Position numbers and translations under genes: made by a program
The notes under the pieces: model-generated
Seen by the model: only the letters and a program-made list of their open reading frames with translations
Databases searched by the model: none
Told to the model about the DNA's origin: nothing
Shown here: one piece after another, positions 31,094 through 40,638 of the stretch
How positions within the stretch are numbered: position 1 is the stretch's first letter
Layout: the number at the start of each line of letters is the position of its first letter
NCBI GenBank assembly: GCA_001661245.1
Contig: KV454018.1
Span: 693,569-742,311 of the forward strand
Source of the DNA: Pachysolen tannophilus NRRL Y-2460
Taxonomy: Eukaryota
DNA length: 48,743 nt
Reading direction: 5' to 3'

Positions 31094-34000
31094 CTAAATG
31101 TCAGTTGTACTTGTAGTAGAGACGTTTTGGACTTTATCGGTGTTACCGTGCTTGAGGTAGCCTCCCTGGTTACACAAGCTGTAAAAAATGCTATCTTTAT
31201 TGGCTAATAGGTTTGTTGGTGTATCGAACTCTGCAACATGTCCTTTTTCCAAAACTACTACTCTGTCGCTATCCAAGACGGTTTCCAATCTATGTGCAAT
31301 GGTTAATATTGTTTTATCTTTGAATTCACTTCTAATAGTTTGTTGAAGAATCTTGTCTGTTTGTACATCAACAGCAGCGGTAGCTTCATCCAATATTAAT
31401 ACTTTGGAAGGGTTCAATAATGCTCTTGCAAGACACATCAATTGTCTTTGTCCTACGGACAAGTTACCACCACCTTCGGAGATTTTAACTTCCAAAGCTG
31501 AATCCAATATTTCTTCGCCTTTCCCCTTGCTTTCCTCAGCCATTGATAAGACATGGGTTTTCAAATGTGATAGTTCTAAAACTCTCCATAATTCTTCATC
31601 AGAATGTTGTCCAAGTGGATCCAAGTTTTGTCTCATGGTGCCTTCTATGGCTTGAGAATCTTGAGGAATAATACTCAACTTATGTCTCAAGTCATAAAGG
31701 CCAATCTCACTTGTGTTGATGTTATCAATTTCAATATGACCTTCTGTGGCTTCAATTAATCTGAAAATAGCCATTGCTAAAGTCGATTTACCAGCACCTG
31801 TTCTTCCTACAATACCAATTTTTTCGCTCGGTTGAATATCCAAATTGATATCATTTAAAACAGGATCCAAATTGGCTCTGTATTTAGTGGAATAATGATC
31901 AAATTTAACGCGTCCTTCAGATGGCCAGTATGCTGGTGGCCTATGATTCTCAATAATTTCTGAAGCTTCAGATTTTAATTTGGAGTATTCCAAAATTCTT
32001 TCGACACAAACAATATTGGATTCAACATCAACAGTACTTCTAACAACCCAATTCAAAGAGTCTGTAACTTGCAAAGCATAACTCATTAGTAAACCAACCA
32101 TACCTGAAGTTAAAGGAGTAGACGTTGTAAGTGTATAAAGAGCTAACAAAGATGCGGAAAAAATAATCAATGATCCAATAAATTGTAATCTAGCAGCTAA
32201 CCATCTATTGGAAGATCGAAGAGTATGCATAGCTCTCATATTAAAATCAATATTGGCGCTATTCAAGAAATTAAATCTGTCTTCTTGTCTATATGCTCTT
32301 ATGGTATCAGATCCGTTTAAACTTTCTTGAAGATGTGCAAAAATAGGACTCACTGTGATACTAGATATCCTCTTTAATTGTCTTGAAGTTGCAACATAAA
32401 ACCTTTGGTAATAAATGTACCATAATGACAAAGCAACCATAACAAGAAGGAAAACAGGCATTGAATAAGCAATGACACCAACTGTGAAAATGGTTCTGAC
32501 ACATGATCCAAAGAAACCTGAAAAAGTTCTAGGTAACATTTCGTCTACTTTATTAACATCATTTGAAAATCTGTTCATAATCCGACCAATTGGAGTTGTT
32601 TCAAAAAAAGACATAGGAGCTCTTAAAACAGACTTTGCCATGTTATCATGAAGTAACCTCGAACCCCTTATAGAACATAAAAAGAACATGACAGCTGTTC
32701 TCAGAAGAATACAAATATCAGAAGCAATACCTAATCCAGCATATATGGCAACAAACATAAGGACAGACTTGTTGGACCCACTCATGGCATTCTTCTCTGC
32801 CCAGTATTTCAACCAATAATTATCTGCCACAGATAATGCAGTCGTCAAGACAATCAAGGTTAAAAATAAACACACACCAAAATAACCACAGGATTTTGCA
32901 TAAGTAACATAAATAGACCATTGAACTTTTCCCTTTTCAGCTTTTTCAGCTTCTTGAGCAGTTCTTTTATTAGAAGTTTCATTCAAATCAATCAATGGCT
33001 TTTTCTTATATGAAGCCATACTTGATCTTCTCAATGATTGATGAGTTATTGTAGTAGTCAATGCTAATCCTTCTGAGTCAAGCTGATTAGTTCCAACTTC
33101 TGCCGTTTCAAACAGCATGAGATTTTCAGATTTATCATCGTCTATATCGATTATCAGGTCAGTTGAATCTGATTCCGCCATTTCTGTAGGACTCTCTTCT
33201 TCTGAGTGTAGTTCTTTGGCTTCTTGACGACCAAACTCGTCAATTAAAGCATATAATGCAGATTTCTTACTCATCACCAGTTTATACGAACCTCTTTCAA
33301 TTATTTCCCCACCGGACAACAAAACAATATTTTTGGAATGCTTCAAAACAGAAACTGAGTTTGTAGCTAATATAATCGTTTTTGTAGCCAATAGACCAGT
33401 TTCACTTAAGACTTGATCGACAATATTTTTTCCTACATGCAGGTCAACGGCAGATAATATATCATCTAATAAATATACATCTGCTCTAGCGTAAACAGCA
33501 CGAGCTAAACTAACTCTTGCCTTTTGACCTCCACTCAATGAAATCCCCTTTTCTCCAACTAAAGTATCATCACCATCTGGCAAAATATCTATATCATCCA
33601 ACAACTGGCAGCTCTCTATTGTCCTCTGATAAAAATCTTCATCAAACTTGCTACCGCACAAAATGTTATCCTTAAGAGATGCATTCATAATCCACGCCAC
33701 TTGAGAGCAATATGCAACAGAACCATGTATTTCAGTAACCATAGGTTCTGTAGGCACTGCTGGAATAGCCACTAATTCGCCTAATAATGCTTTTATAAAT
33801 GATGACTTACCAGCACCTACTCTTCCAACAATACAGGTTAATTGTCCTTTCCGTGCAGTGAAATTCACATCCTTCAAAGCAACTTTAGGTGTTGAAATTT
33901 CGTTTTCTTCATCGTAATTCTTCTTATCTGTTTTAGGTCTCGACCAAAGAAATGTAATATTTGATATTTTCACTGAAACGTCACCTAAATGATTAACTTT

Positions 34001-35890
34001 CGGTAATTCTTTAAAAACTTCAGGATTAAGCTCATCACATAGTAAGAAAGAGGTTATTCTACCTAAAGCAACTCCTGTCTCTATCAAAGAAGTAACAACG
34101 GCTGGAATAGCAAAGAACGGTTCAGAAAGTAAATTGAACAAAGATAAAGCGGGGAAAACAATATCAGGAGTCAATGGAGTATTTGAAATAAAGGCAAATA
34201 CTGAAAAAATAGAACATGAAATGAAAAATGGAATAGAAGACCATACAAATTGAACGGTAGCAGAAAGCATTCCAATTTTTTTCAAATTTTTCAACTCTTT
34301 ATTGTTTCTAATATCTTCCAATTTCAGTAACATAGGTTTTTCCCAACTGTACAACTTGATACTTTTAATGGAAGTCAATATCTCATTCATAGTTTTCGTT
34401 CTCATATCCTTATATTTCATCTGCTGCTTGTGGAGTCCTCTTAAAGTTTTAATCATTACAACATTAACGGGGACAATTAGTAAAACAATAATAGCAGCAC
34501 TAAATACAGACTTCCCTAATAATGAGTACAATGAAATTAAACATAAAACTAATTGTGTTGGTGCAGAAACTAAAATCTGAAGCTGGAAAAACATTTCTTG
34601 AACTCTCCCAACATCAACAGACATTAAATTAACAATATCACCTGTACTTCTCTCCTGTTTTGACTCTGCAGACAAGTGTAATGCTTTTTGATAAACTAAT
34701 GACATCAATCCTGATTTTGCTCTTATTCCAGATTCAAAGATTAACATAAGGTACTGGTTGAAAAATGCAGTCTGTAAAATTGATACAGCAAACATAGCAA
34801 GGGAAACACCAAAACCAATGATCAAAGGTTGATCATTATCTTTAACGAAAAATGAAATCAAAATTCTTAAAAACTGAGGTTGAACAACACTTAAAAATGA
34901 ATTTGAAACATCCAATGTTATAGAAAAAATTACTATAAGGAAAACAGACTTAAATAAAGCCCATGCCAAAGAAGGTTTTTCCGGGTTTTTATCTAATTGA
35001 TGTTTCCAATTTTTGAGTAAAATTTCAGAAGAATCTTTTGTAAATTGAACACCTGTTGGAATTGGTATATCATCTTCGGTAATACCTTCTTCAGTAACAC
35101 CTTTGGCCATAAATTCATTTAAATTAGAAAAAGTAATCAATGAAATAATGTTTGGAACTTTTAGTTTCAATCCATTTTCCTTATAGTATTCAATTAATTC
35201 TTCAGTTGGAGACCAATTCAAAAATTCCAAGACAAAAATTGAAATAGAATTGAATAAAAGCAAATATTCAACCCCACTAATCACTGTTGAATCCCCTAAA
35301 ATTTTATGCTTTGAGAAAACTTGCTGAATAACAACCGCCAAATTACAAAAAATGTGGAATGGCCAGAATAATAATAAACTAGCGCTTTGAACTACGCTGG
35401 TAGTAACTTCTATAGCATGTAATGGTAAGAATATTAGCAAAATTACCAACGCAGTAAGCCCAAACCCTGCAACTTTGACATCTGTTAACTTCAGCCCTTC
35501 TTCACTCTGGAGATTTTCAAAAACTACAATCAAATATAATATACTTTGTAATAAAACTGAATTTAACCTAATCCAATGATAAATACCGCAACTTTTCAAT
35601 TGACTCAAATTACCAAATTTTTGCCTGGAACTAAGTGATTGAAGTAACTGAAATCCAGCAAAAACTCCAAAGACAACCGAGATAATTGCATATATCAAAG
35701 AAACAAAACATGGATTAAGAGCATTGCTTGTCCTTGAAACCAAAGGATACCATGAACCACAAGAATTATTTAAACCAGTGACACCATACAGCTCAGAACT
35801 TGAAGAAAAAACAAAAGTATCATCCAATACCAGTAACAGTAATAGTTTCTGATACCCTGGATTATCTCCCATCAAAACTTCATCAACCAT
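31094..35890 (-). CDS. YCF1: Vacuolar ABCC/MRP transporter, Ycf1/Mlt1-like (copy 2, tandem paralogue)
   Basis: Same architecture and motifs as copy 1, colinear throughout, including the N-terminal NNSCGSWYPLVS. Confidence 0.88.
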   Translation of the reverse strand: MVDEVLMGDNPGYQKLLLLLVLDDTFVFSSSSELYGVTGLNNSCGSWYPLVSRTSNALNPCFVSLIYAIISVVFGVFAGFQLLQSLSSRQKFGNLSQLKSCGIYHWIRLNSVLLQSILYLIVVFENLQSEEGLKLTDVKVAGFGLTALVILLIFLPLHAIEVTTSVVQSASLLLFWPFHIFCNLAVVIQQVFSKHKILGDSTVISGVEYLLLFNSISIFVLEFLNWSPTEELIEYYKENGLKLKVPNIISLITFSNLNEFMAKGVTEEGITEDDIPIPTGVQFTKDSSEILLKNWKHQLDKNPEKPSLAWALFKSVFLIVIFSITLDVSNSFLSVVQPQFLRILISFFVKDNDQPLIIGFGVSLAMFAVSILQTAFFNQYLMLIFESGIRAKSGLMSLVYQKALHLSAESKQERSTGDIVNLMSVDVGRVQEMFFQLQILVSAPTQLVLCLISLYSLLGKSVFSAAIIVLLIVPVNVVMIKTLRGLHKQQMKYKDMRTKTMNEILTSIKSIKLYSWEKPMLLKLEDIRNNKELKNLKKIGMLSATVQFVWSSIPFFISCSIFSVFAFISNTPLTPDIVFPALSLFNLLSEPFFAIPAVVTSLIETGVALGRITSFLLCDELNPEVFKELPKVNHLGDVSVKISNITFLWSRPKTDKKNYDEENEISTPKVALKDVNFTARKGQLTCIVGRVGAGKSSFIKALLGELVAIPAVPTEPMVTEIHGSVAYCSQVAWIMNASLKDNILCGSKFDEDFYQRTIESCQLLDDIDILPDGDDTLVGEKGISLSGGQKARVSLARAVYARADVYLLDDILSAVDLHVGKNIVDQVLSETGLLATKTIILATNSVSVLKHSKNIVLLSGGEIIERGSYKLVMSKKSALYALIDEFGRQEAKELHSEEESPTEMAESDSTDLIIDIDDDKSENLMLFETAEVGTNQLDSEGLALTTTITHQSLRRSSMASYKKKPLIDLNETSNKRTAQEAEKAEKGKVQWSIYVTYAKSCGYFGVCLFLTLIVLTTALSVADNYWLKYWAEKNAMSGSNKSVLMFVAIYAGLGIASDICILLRTAVMFFLCSIRGSRLLHDNMAKSVLRAPMSFFETTPIGRIMNRFSNDVNKVDEMLPRTFSGFFGSCVRTIFTVGVIAYSMPVFLLVMVALSLWYIYYQRFYVATSRQLKRISSITVSPIFAHLQESLNGSDTIRAYRQEDRFNFLNSANIDFNMRAMHTLRSSNRWLAARLQFIGSLIIFSASLLALYTLTTSTPLTSGMVGLLMSYALQVTDSLNWVVRSTVDVESNIVCVERILEYSKLKSEASEIIENHRPPAYWPSEGRVKFDHYSTKYRANLDPVLNDINLDIQPSEKIGIVGRTGAGKSTLAMAIFRLIEATEGHIEIDNINTSEIGLYDLRHKLSIIPQDSQAIEGTMRQNLDPLGQHSDEELWRVLELSHLKTHVLSMAEESKGKGEEILDSALEVKISEGGGNLSVGQRQLMCLARALLNPSKVLILDEATAAVDVQTDKILQQTIRSEFKDKTILTIAHRLETVLDSDRVVVLEKGHVAEFDTPTNLLANKDSIFYSLCNQGGYLKHGNTDKVQNVSTTSTTDI

Positions 35891-36424
35891 TATTCTTAAC
35901 CCGTCAGCGCCAGCTATCTCAATATATTCTAATAGATGATGATAATTACAAGAATTTTGCTATATATAGCAAAGTCTTCTTTCCGCAGAGAAAAGATTTC
36001 TGCCAATTTTACATTCGAAAAAGGCGGTTAAAGGGCGGCCAAAGGGCGGTGGGCAGTTTGCGGCTGGCTGGCTGGCCGATGGAGGGACGGCTGCCTTTCG
36101 GGTTTATCAGCTAGCTGTACCCGCCGCTCTTTGGCCGCTTGGTTAGAGGGCTGAGGACGATGAGAGACTCTCATAAAATAGAGTCGAACGGAAATAAGAG
36201 CCCGAGGACATTGAAGATAAGATGAATACATAAGATTGAAGAGAATATTCACCTGTAGCGTATAACTTAGTTACTGGGTTGGGCTCAATGTGGTGGACTA
36301 TAGTTTAGTGTTATTTAAAGTATTCTCAAAATGGAATATTACTTATTTAAAAAAAAAAGAGAAATAAAGATAGATACTAGTAGTAATATATCGTTTATAA
36401 GATATTACTATTGAGCCGCTTTGG

Positions 36425-37615
36425 TTAGAAATAGGCAAAGAAACCGGTAATGGCAATCGAACCAACTGTAAGATAGAAATTTTCTGAAAAAGCAGCTTTA
36501 TTTGCACTTGATTCAAGATCCTGGCTTGTTGAATTGACTCTTGTAATATTGGTTGAAGTAGCGTTGGAAAATTTGAATTGTCTTGGTTCTAATTTTACTT
36601 TTGGAGCAACTTCGTACAATTTTTGTTTTACAAAAGGAATGGCTTCTGAAGGATCATTTGAAATCAAATTTGAAGGTAAAACTATCTTATCTGATTCCAA
36701 GATATTTTCTTTTTTTGCCAATTTCTGTTGTTCTTCTTCTTCGGCAGTTAAACCAGAAAATACATGTCTGTCATTATAAGTTTCGTCACCTTCTCTTCTT
36801 CTTCTTCTATAAGTACCATGCTCTCCACATTCAGCAGCTTCTTCTTCGCTGTGATGATGGTGATGGTCAGATTCGTTGCAATCATCTTCGTCGTGGTTAT
36901 AAGCATCACCATTGTTTAAGTCAAAATAATCTGGGATAGTCTTACCAAATTTGGATTCGGTAGATTTGGAACCTTCATCTGTGGTACTTTCACCACAGTC
37001 ACTTTCATTCTCCCCAATTATTGCTTCTGTGGCCTCTTTAACTGGATTCAAGAATTTATCTAAAAATGATGGCCATTTAACGTTAGCTGAAGCAGTTACT
37101 TGATTTTCTTGTAAACCTCCTGCTTTGACAATTTGACCTTGTACTTGTGCTTGTACTTCTGCTTCTGCTTGTGCTTGTGGTGCAGCTTCTTCAACTTCTG
37201 ATTGTGCCTCAAATTGTTCTTGATCTTGATCTTGAACTTCTGGTTGAACTTGTTTTTGAGCTAAAAATTCATTTGAATCTTCAGAAACAGAAGAAAAATC
37301 CTGATCATTTGACTTTTCAGAAACTAAATTTTCTTCTTCCTGAGTACCTTGAGTTTCCTGTGATTGTGGAATAAAATCAACTTCATTTGAAGATGCTTCT
37401 ACATTTAAAACATCTTGTTCCTCTTCCCTCTTCATATTGAGCGCAACAAAAGGATTTCCAGCAGATAAGACTTGTTGTTTAGTTCCCCAAAACCTTTTTT
37501 CTGGGGAAAAACCCTCAAAATTCTCAACATCAGAATTAATAGCAGCCGCACTTGAGAAACTTAAATTCTCAGTACCTATCAAAATAATTGGAGCTAAAAT
37601 TTTGAAAAGTTTCAT
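36425..37615 (-). CDS. Orphan secreted acidic, probably GPI-anchored protein (protein B), 396 aa
   Basis: ATG 37615 opens a signal-peptide-like segment. Two KR sites, E/Q-rich body, His5 and Arg5 tracts, N-glycosylation sequons, and tail SSANKAAF...LTVGSIAITGFFAYF. Confidence 0.78.
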   Translation of the reverse strand: MKLFKILAPIILIGTENLSFSSAAAINSDVENFEGFSPEKRFWGTKQQVLSAGNPFVALNMKREEEQDVLNVEASSNEVDFIPQSQETQGTQEEENLVSEKSNDQDFSSVSEDSNEFLAQKQVQPEVQDQDQEQFEAQSEVEEAAPQAQAEAEVQAQVQGQIVKAGGLQENQVTASANVKWPSFLDKFLNPVKEATEAIIGENESDCGESTTDEGSKSTESKFGKTIPDYFDLNNGDAYNHDEDDCNESDHHHHHSEEEAAECGEHGTYRRRRREGDETYNDRHVFSGLTAEEEEQQKLAKKENILESDKIVLPSNLISNDPSEAIPFVKQKLYEVAPKVKLEPRQFKFSNATSTNITRVNSTSQDLESSANKAAFSENFYLTVGSIAITGFFAYF

Positions 37616-37787
37616 CGTAGAAGTTAATGCTTTTAAAAAAAAAAGATTATTATCGATGTCAAATCTCAAACTAAAAAGTTGCAATCTTCTGAATAAGCAA
37701 AAAAAAAATTTCTAAAAGAATTCAAATCATTTATAGAAATATCTTGAGCATTTCAATAGCCAAATGATCCAACTATTATATCAACTC

Positions 37788-37843
37788 TGTGCGGTTTGAG
37801 CCATAGAACACAAAATCAAAAGTAGCGTGCGGCATGCGGCTGA
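37788..37843 (+). promoter_or_regulatory. TGTGCGGTT, AGAACACAAAA and GTGCGGCATGCGGCTGA upstream of protein B
   Basis: Motifs read at 37788-37796, 37805-37815 and 37827-37843. Confidence 0.5.
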
Positions 37844-38101
37844 AATTATTTTATGCAGAAACTTACATCAGTTGAAAAGTTTGGTTAACAAACCAAAATA
37901 TCCCACAAAACAAAACATCTACTTTCTATTGTGGTTCCCTATCAGAGTTTCATTATTTTTCAATTTTCTTGATATTAGTTTTAATTAATTTTATTTAAAT
38001 CCCAAAAAAAAAAAAAAAAAAAAAAACATAAAATAATGCTAAATATTTTTCAGGAAATAAAAAGGGTTACGTCTATATCGTATGTCTACAAAACTTTAAT
38101 T

Positions 38102-38692
38102 TTAATCATTTTTCTTTTCTAGAATCCTATCTCCAAATTTTTTCTCTCCATTTTCCTTGTCTTTTAAAGTAATTATAAGATATTTTGTATTATCTTCGGC
38201 TTTTTCAGGCTGTGAACAATCTTCAAGTCTCTCTCTCCCTGATCTTGTATCTCTATAAAGATGAAAATCGTCATCATCTTCTGCCTCATCATTCAACCCT
38301 AAAATCCCCTTTATTTTATCTCCTAGTTTAGGAATCTCAAAGTATGAACTGAATTTTTCTCGGTAATTTAAATCTTTGTTTTCGTTTTCATTTTCGAACG
38401 AGCTCAAAGAAGTTTGATTAACGTATACTTTTTGATCTTTTCCAATTTCCGTGCTTTTAGGCTCAAAGTTGAAATCTGACTTGTTTTGTTTGATATTTGT
38501 TGCATTATTCGAAAGTCTTTTATTACTAAGAAAATATTCAGCTCTATTGGCTTCAAGCTGAAGAATTGCTGGATTCTCTCTCAAAGCAATTGGATGTGAT
38601 AAAACAAAGTTTAAATATAGAAACTCGTTGATTATTACTAAGGATATCATAAAAATGAGTTTTTTCTTAATCAACTTTGCAAAAAATGACAT
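38102..38692 (-). CDS. Orphan secreted protein without GPI tail (protein C), 196 aa
   Basis: Basic then hydrophobic N-terminus, NKR site and acidic patch. Motifs LGDKIKGILG and KYLIITL are shared with the other orphans. Confidence 0.62.
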   Translation of the reverse strand: MSFFAKLIKKKLIFMISLVIINEFLYLNFVLSHPIALRENPAILQLEANRAEYFLSNKRLSNNATNIKQNKSDFNFEPKSTEIGKDQKVYVNQTSLSSFENENENKDLNYREKFSSYFEIPKLGDKIKGILGLNDEAEDDDDFHLYRDTRSGRERLEDCSQPEKAEDNTKYLIITLKDKENGEKKFGDRILEKKND

Positions 38693-38870
38693 AATTGGTT
38701 AATGTACTTTTCTTTTCTAAAAGTTTTTTTAAATATTCAAAGACTGTTTTGAAAAAAAACTTATAGTTGATTTGAGTCTTTTGAGTATGGTTTAGCTGCA
38801 CATTATTCCGTCAGAAAGGACAACGACCTGGTTGTTACTCTTATTTTGGCTTCAAGGTTTTCTCGTTATC

Positions 38871-38898
38871 TTACACAAAAGCCTCTATGTGCGGCTCA
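38871..38898 (+). promoter_or_regulatory. TTACACAAAA plus TGTGCGGCTCA upstream of protein C
   Basis: The 11-mer TGTGCGGCTCA at 38888-38898 is identical to 21742-21752; MSE-like site at 38873-38880. Confidence 0.52.
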
Positions 38899-39092
38899 TG
38901 AATTATCAGATCTCATTTTGAAGATATATGGTGCTAATTTAAAGTCATTTTGCTACAAAATCGCTTTTATATATATATATATATATATATATTAGACTAT
39001 AGTGAACAAAAAAAAAAAGAAAAAAGAGTATTTGAATAGACTAGCTTTCGTTCAAAAGTACTCTTAAAAATAAAGACTCTTTTTATGTTAAT

Positions 39093-40190
39093 TTACAACA
39101 GGAAAATCATCCCAAGAAACCCCATTGAGGCTGCAAGAAACACATTGTTAACTTTAACACTGTTTGCAGCTGAAATATCACAATTGCTATCAAGGTAAAT
39201 ATCACTTTCTCTATAAGTAAATTCGGTTTTAGCAGCATCTCCTTTTTGAGTCTTAGTGCTTGGTACTACTTTGGATTTAATTTTTGGTGATTTGTTAGCC
39301 TTTTCTTCCTTTGCTAAAGAAACCAGTTCATTACCGTCATTCTCTCTAAGATAACCACCTCTTGTCTGTGACAGTTTTGAGTCTGAATTTCTCATGGTAG
39401 GAACTTCATTCTCTTCTTCTTCTTCATCCTCTTCTTTATTCGTAGTTTTGTCCTTATCATTACCAATTAAATTTTTAACTTTATCAATTATTCCTTCTGC
39501 TTGAACTAATTCAGAAGAATCAACTGATGACTCTGAGATATCATCATCTTCTTCACTTTCTTCATTTGAATTGTAAGGAGAAAATTCATCGTCTTCAAAA
39601 CTTTCAGTTTGAAGACCCTCATCATCTTCATTTTCGTTTGCTTCAAATTCTGATTCCAAGAAGGCTTCTTCACTGCCTTCATAACTCAAAGGAACAATAA
39701 CATTATCAGGAGTGGTTAAATAATGAGAAAAATCGTTGTTACTTTCTTGATCTTCATCAAAGTTTTCTTGATTACCGTATTCTGTGGTTTCTGGAACAAC
39801 TAAATTTTGTTCAAAAAAATCCAGATCATAAGAACTTGGCTTATAGTCAGCATCGTTTGAATGATCAAACTCTCTCTTTTTTTTCAATGCTTCAGCAAGT
39901 GCAGCAGCAGCAGGTGCAGGAGCTTTATCAACGTAATTTTCTACAATTTGGGTCCTAAAAATCTTACTATTAGCATTATCACTACCAGAACCAGTAATAT
40001 GTGGAGTGTAACCACCGTTGTTACTGTTATATTTAGAACCTAAATAAACATTTTGGTTATTGACTGATGGTAAACCTGGCTCTCTCAATCTTGCTGCTGG
40101 TATAGCTGAGGCTGAACCAGTGGTAGAGTATAGGGACAAAGCAAACAAGATCATAGATCCGCAGTTCGACATGAATTTTGATTGAACCAT
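39093..40190 (-). CDS. Orphan secreted acidic, probably GPI-anchored protein (protein D), 365 aa
   Basis: First in-frame ATG is 40190. Signal peptide ending ASA|IP, KKKR site, D/E-rich body and tail SAANSVKVNNVFLAASMGFLGMIFLL. Confidence 0.78.
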   Translation of the reverse strand: MVQSKFMSNCGSMILFALSLYSTTGSASAIPAARLREPGLPSVNNQNVYLGSKYNSNNGGYTPHITGSGSDNANSKIFRTQIVENYVDKAPAPAAAALAEALKKKREFDHSNDADYKPSSYDLDFFEQNLVVPETTEYGNQENFDEDQESNNDFSHYLTTPDNVIVPLSYEGSEEAFLESEFEANENEDDEGLQTESFEDDEFSPYNSNEESEEDDDISESSVDSSELVQAEGIIDKVKNLIGNDKDKTTNKEEDEEEEENEVPTMRNSDSKLSQTRGGYLRENDGNELVSLAKEEKANKSPKIKSKVVPSTKTQKGDAAKTEFTYRESDIYLDSNCDISAANSVKVNNVFLAASMGFLGMIFLL

Positions 40191-40422
40191 CTTTTGCTCT
40201 TTGTTGGAATAAGGCACAATGATCAAAATAACAGTTATTAAAGTAAAAAAAAAAAAAAAAAAACAAAAAAAGAGAAAGAAAAAAATAGGCTTTAATCCTT
40301 ATTGTGATAACTAATTACTACGTTTTCCCATTAATGAAAAAAAGATCTCAAGATTATATACAATTAGGGGGAATGCAAAACATATCTTCTCTTCCTGTAG
40401 AACTAATTCAATTCTGCTAGTC

Positions 40423-40519
40423 AGAACACAAAAACTGTTTATGGTTAGATGGAACAGAAGAAGTAGGTTCATGCATTAACACAAACAAAACAAAAAAATG
40501 TGTACCCTCACGCGGCTCA
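40423..40519 (+). promoter_or_regulatory. AGAACACAAAAA plus CGCGGCTCA upstream of protein D
   Basis: AGAACACAAAA at 40423-40433 is identical to 37805-37815; GCGGCTCA at 40512-40519. Confidence 0.5.
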
Positions 40520-40638
40520 AAATTTCGGTTAAATCTTTATTATTAAATAATAAATAATACTCTATAAAATATATATATATATATATATACATATAAACTT
40601 TTCTGTTTAATTTACTTCTGGTACAATATGCACAATAT

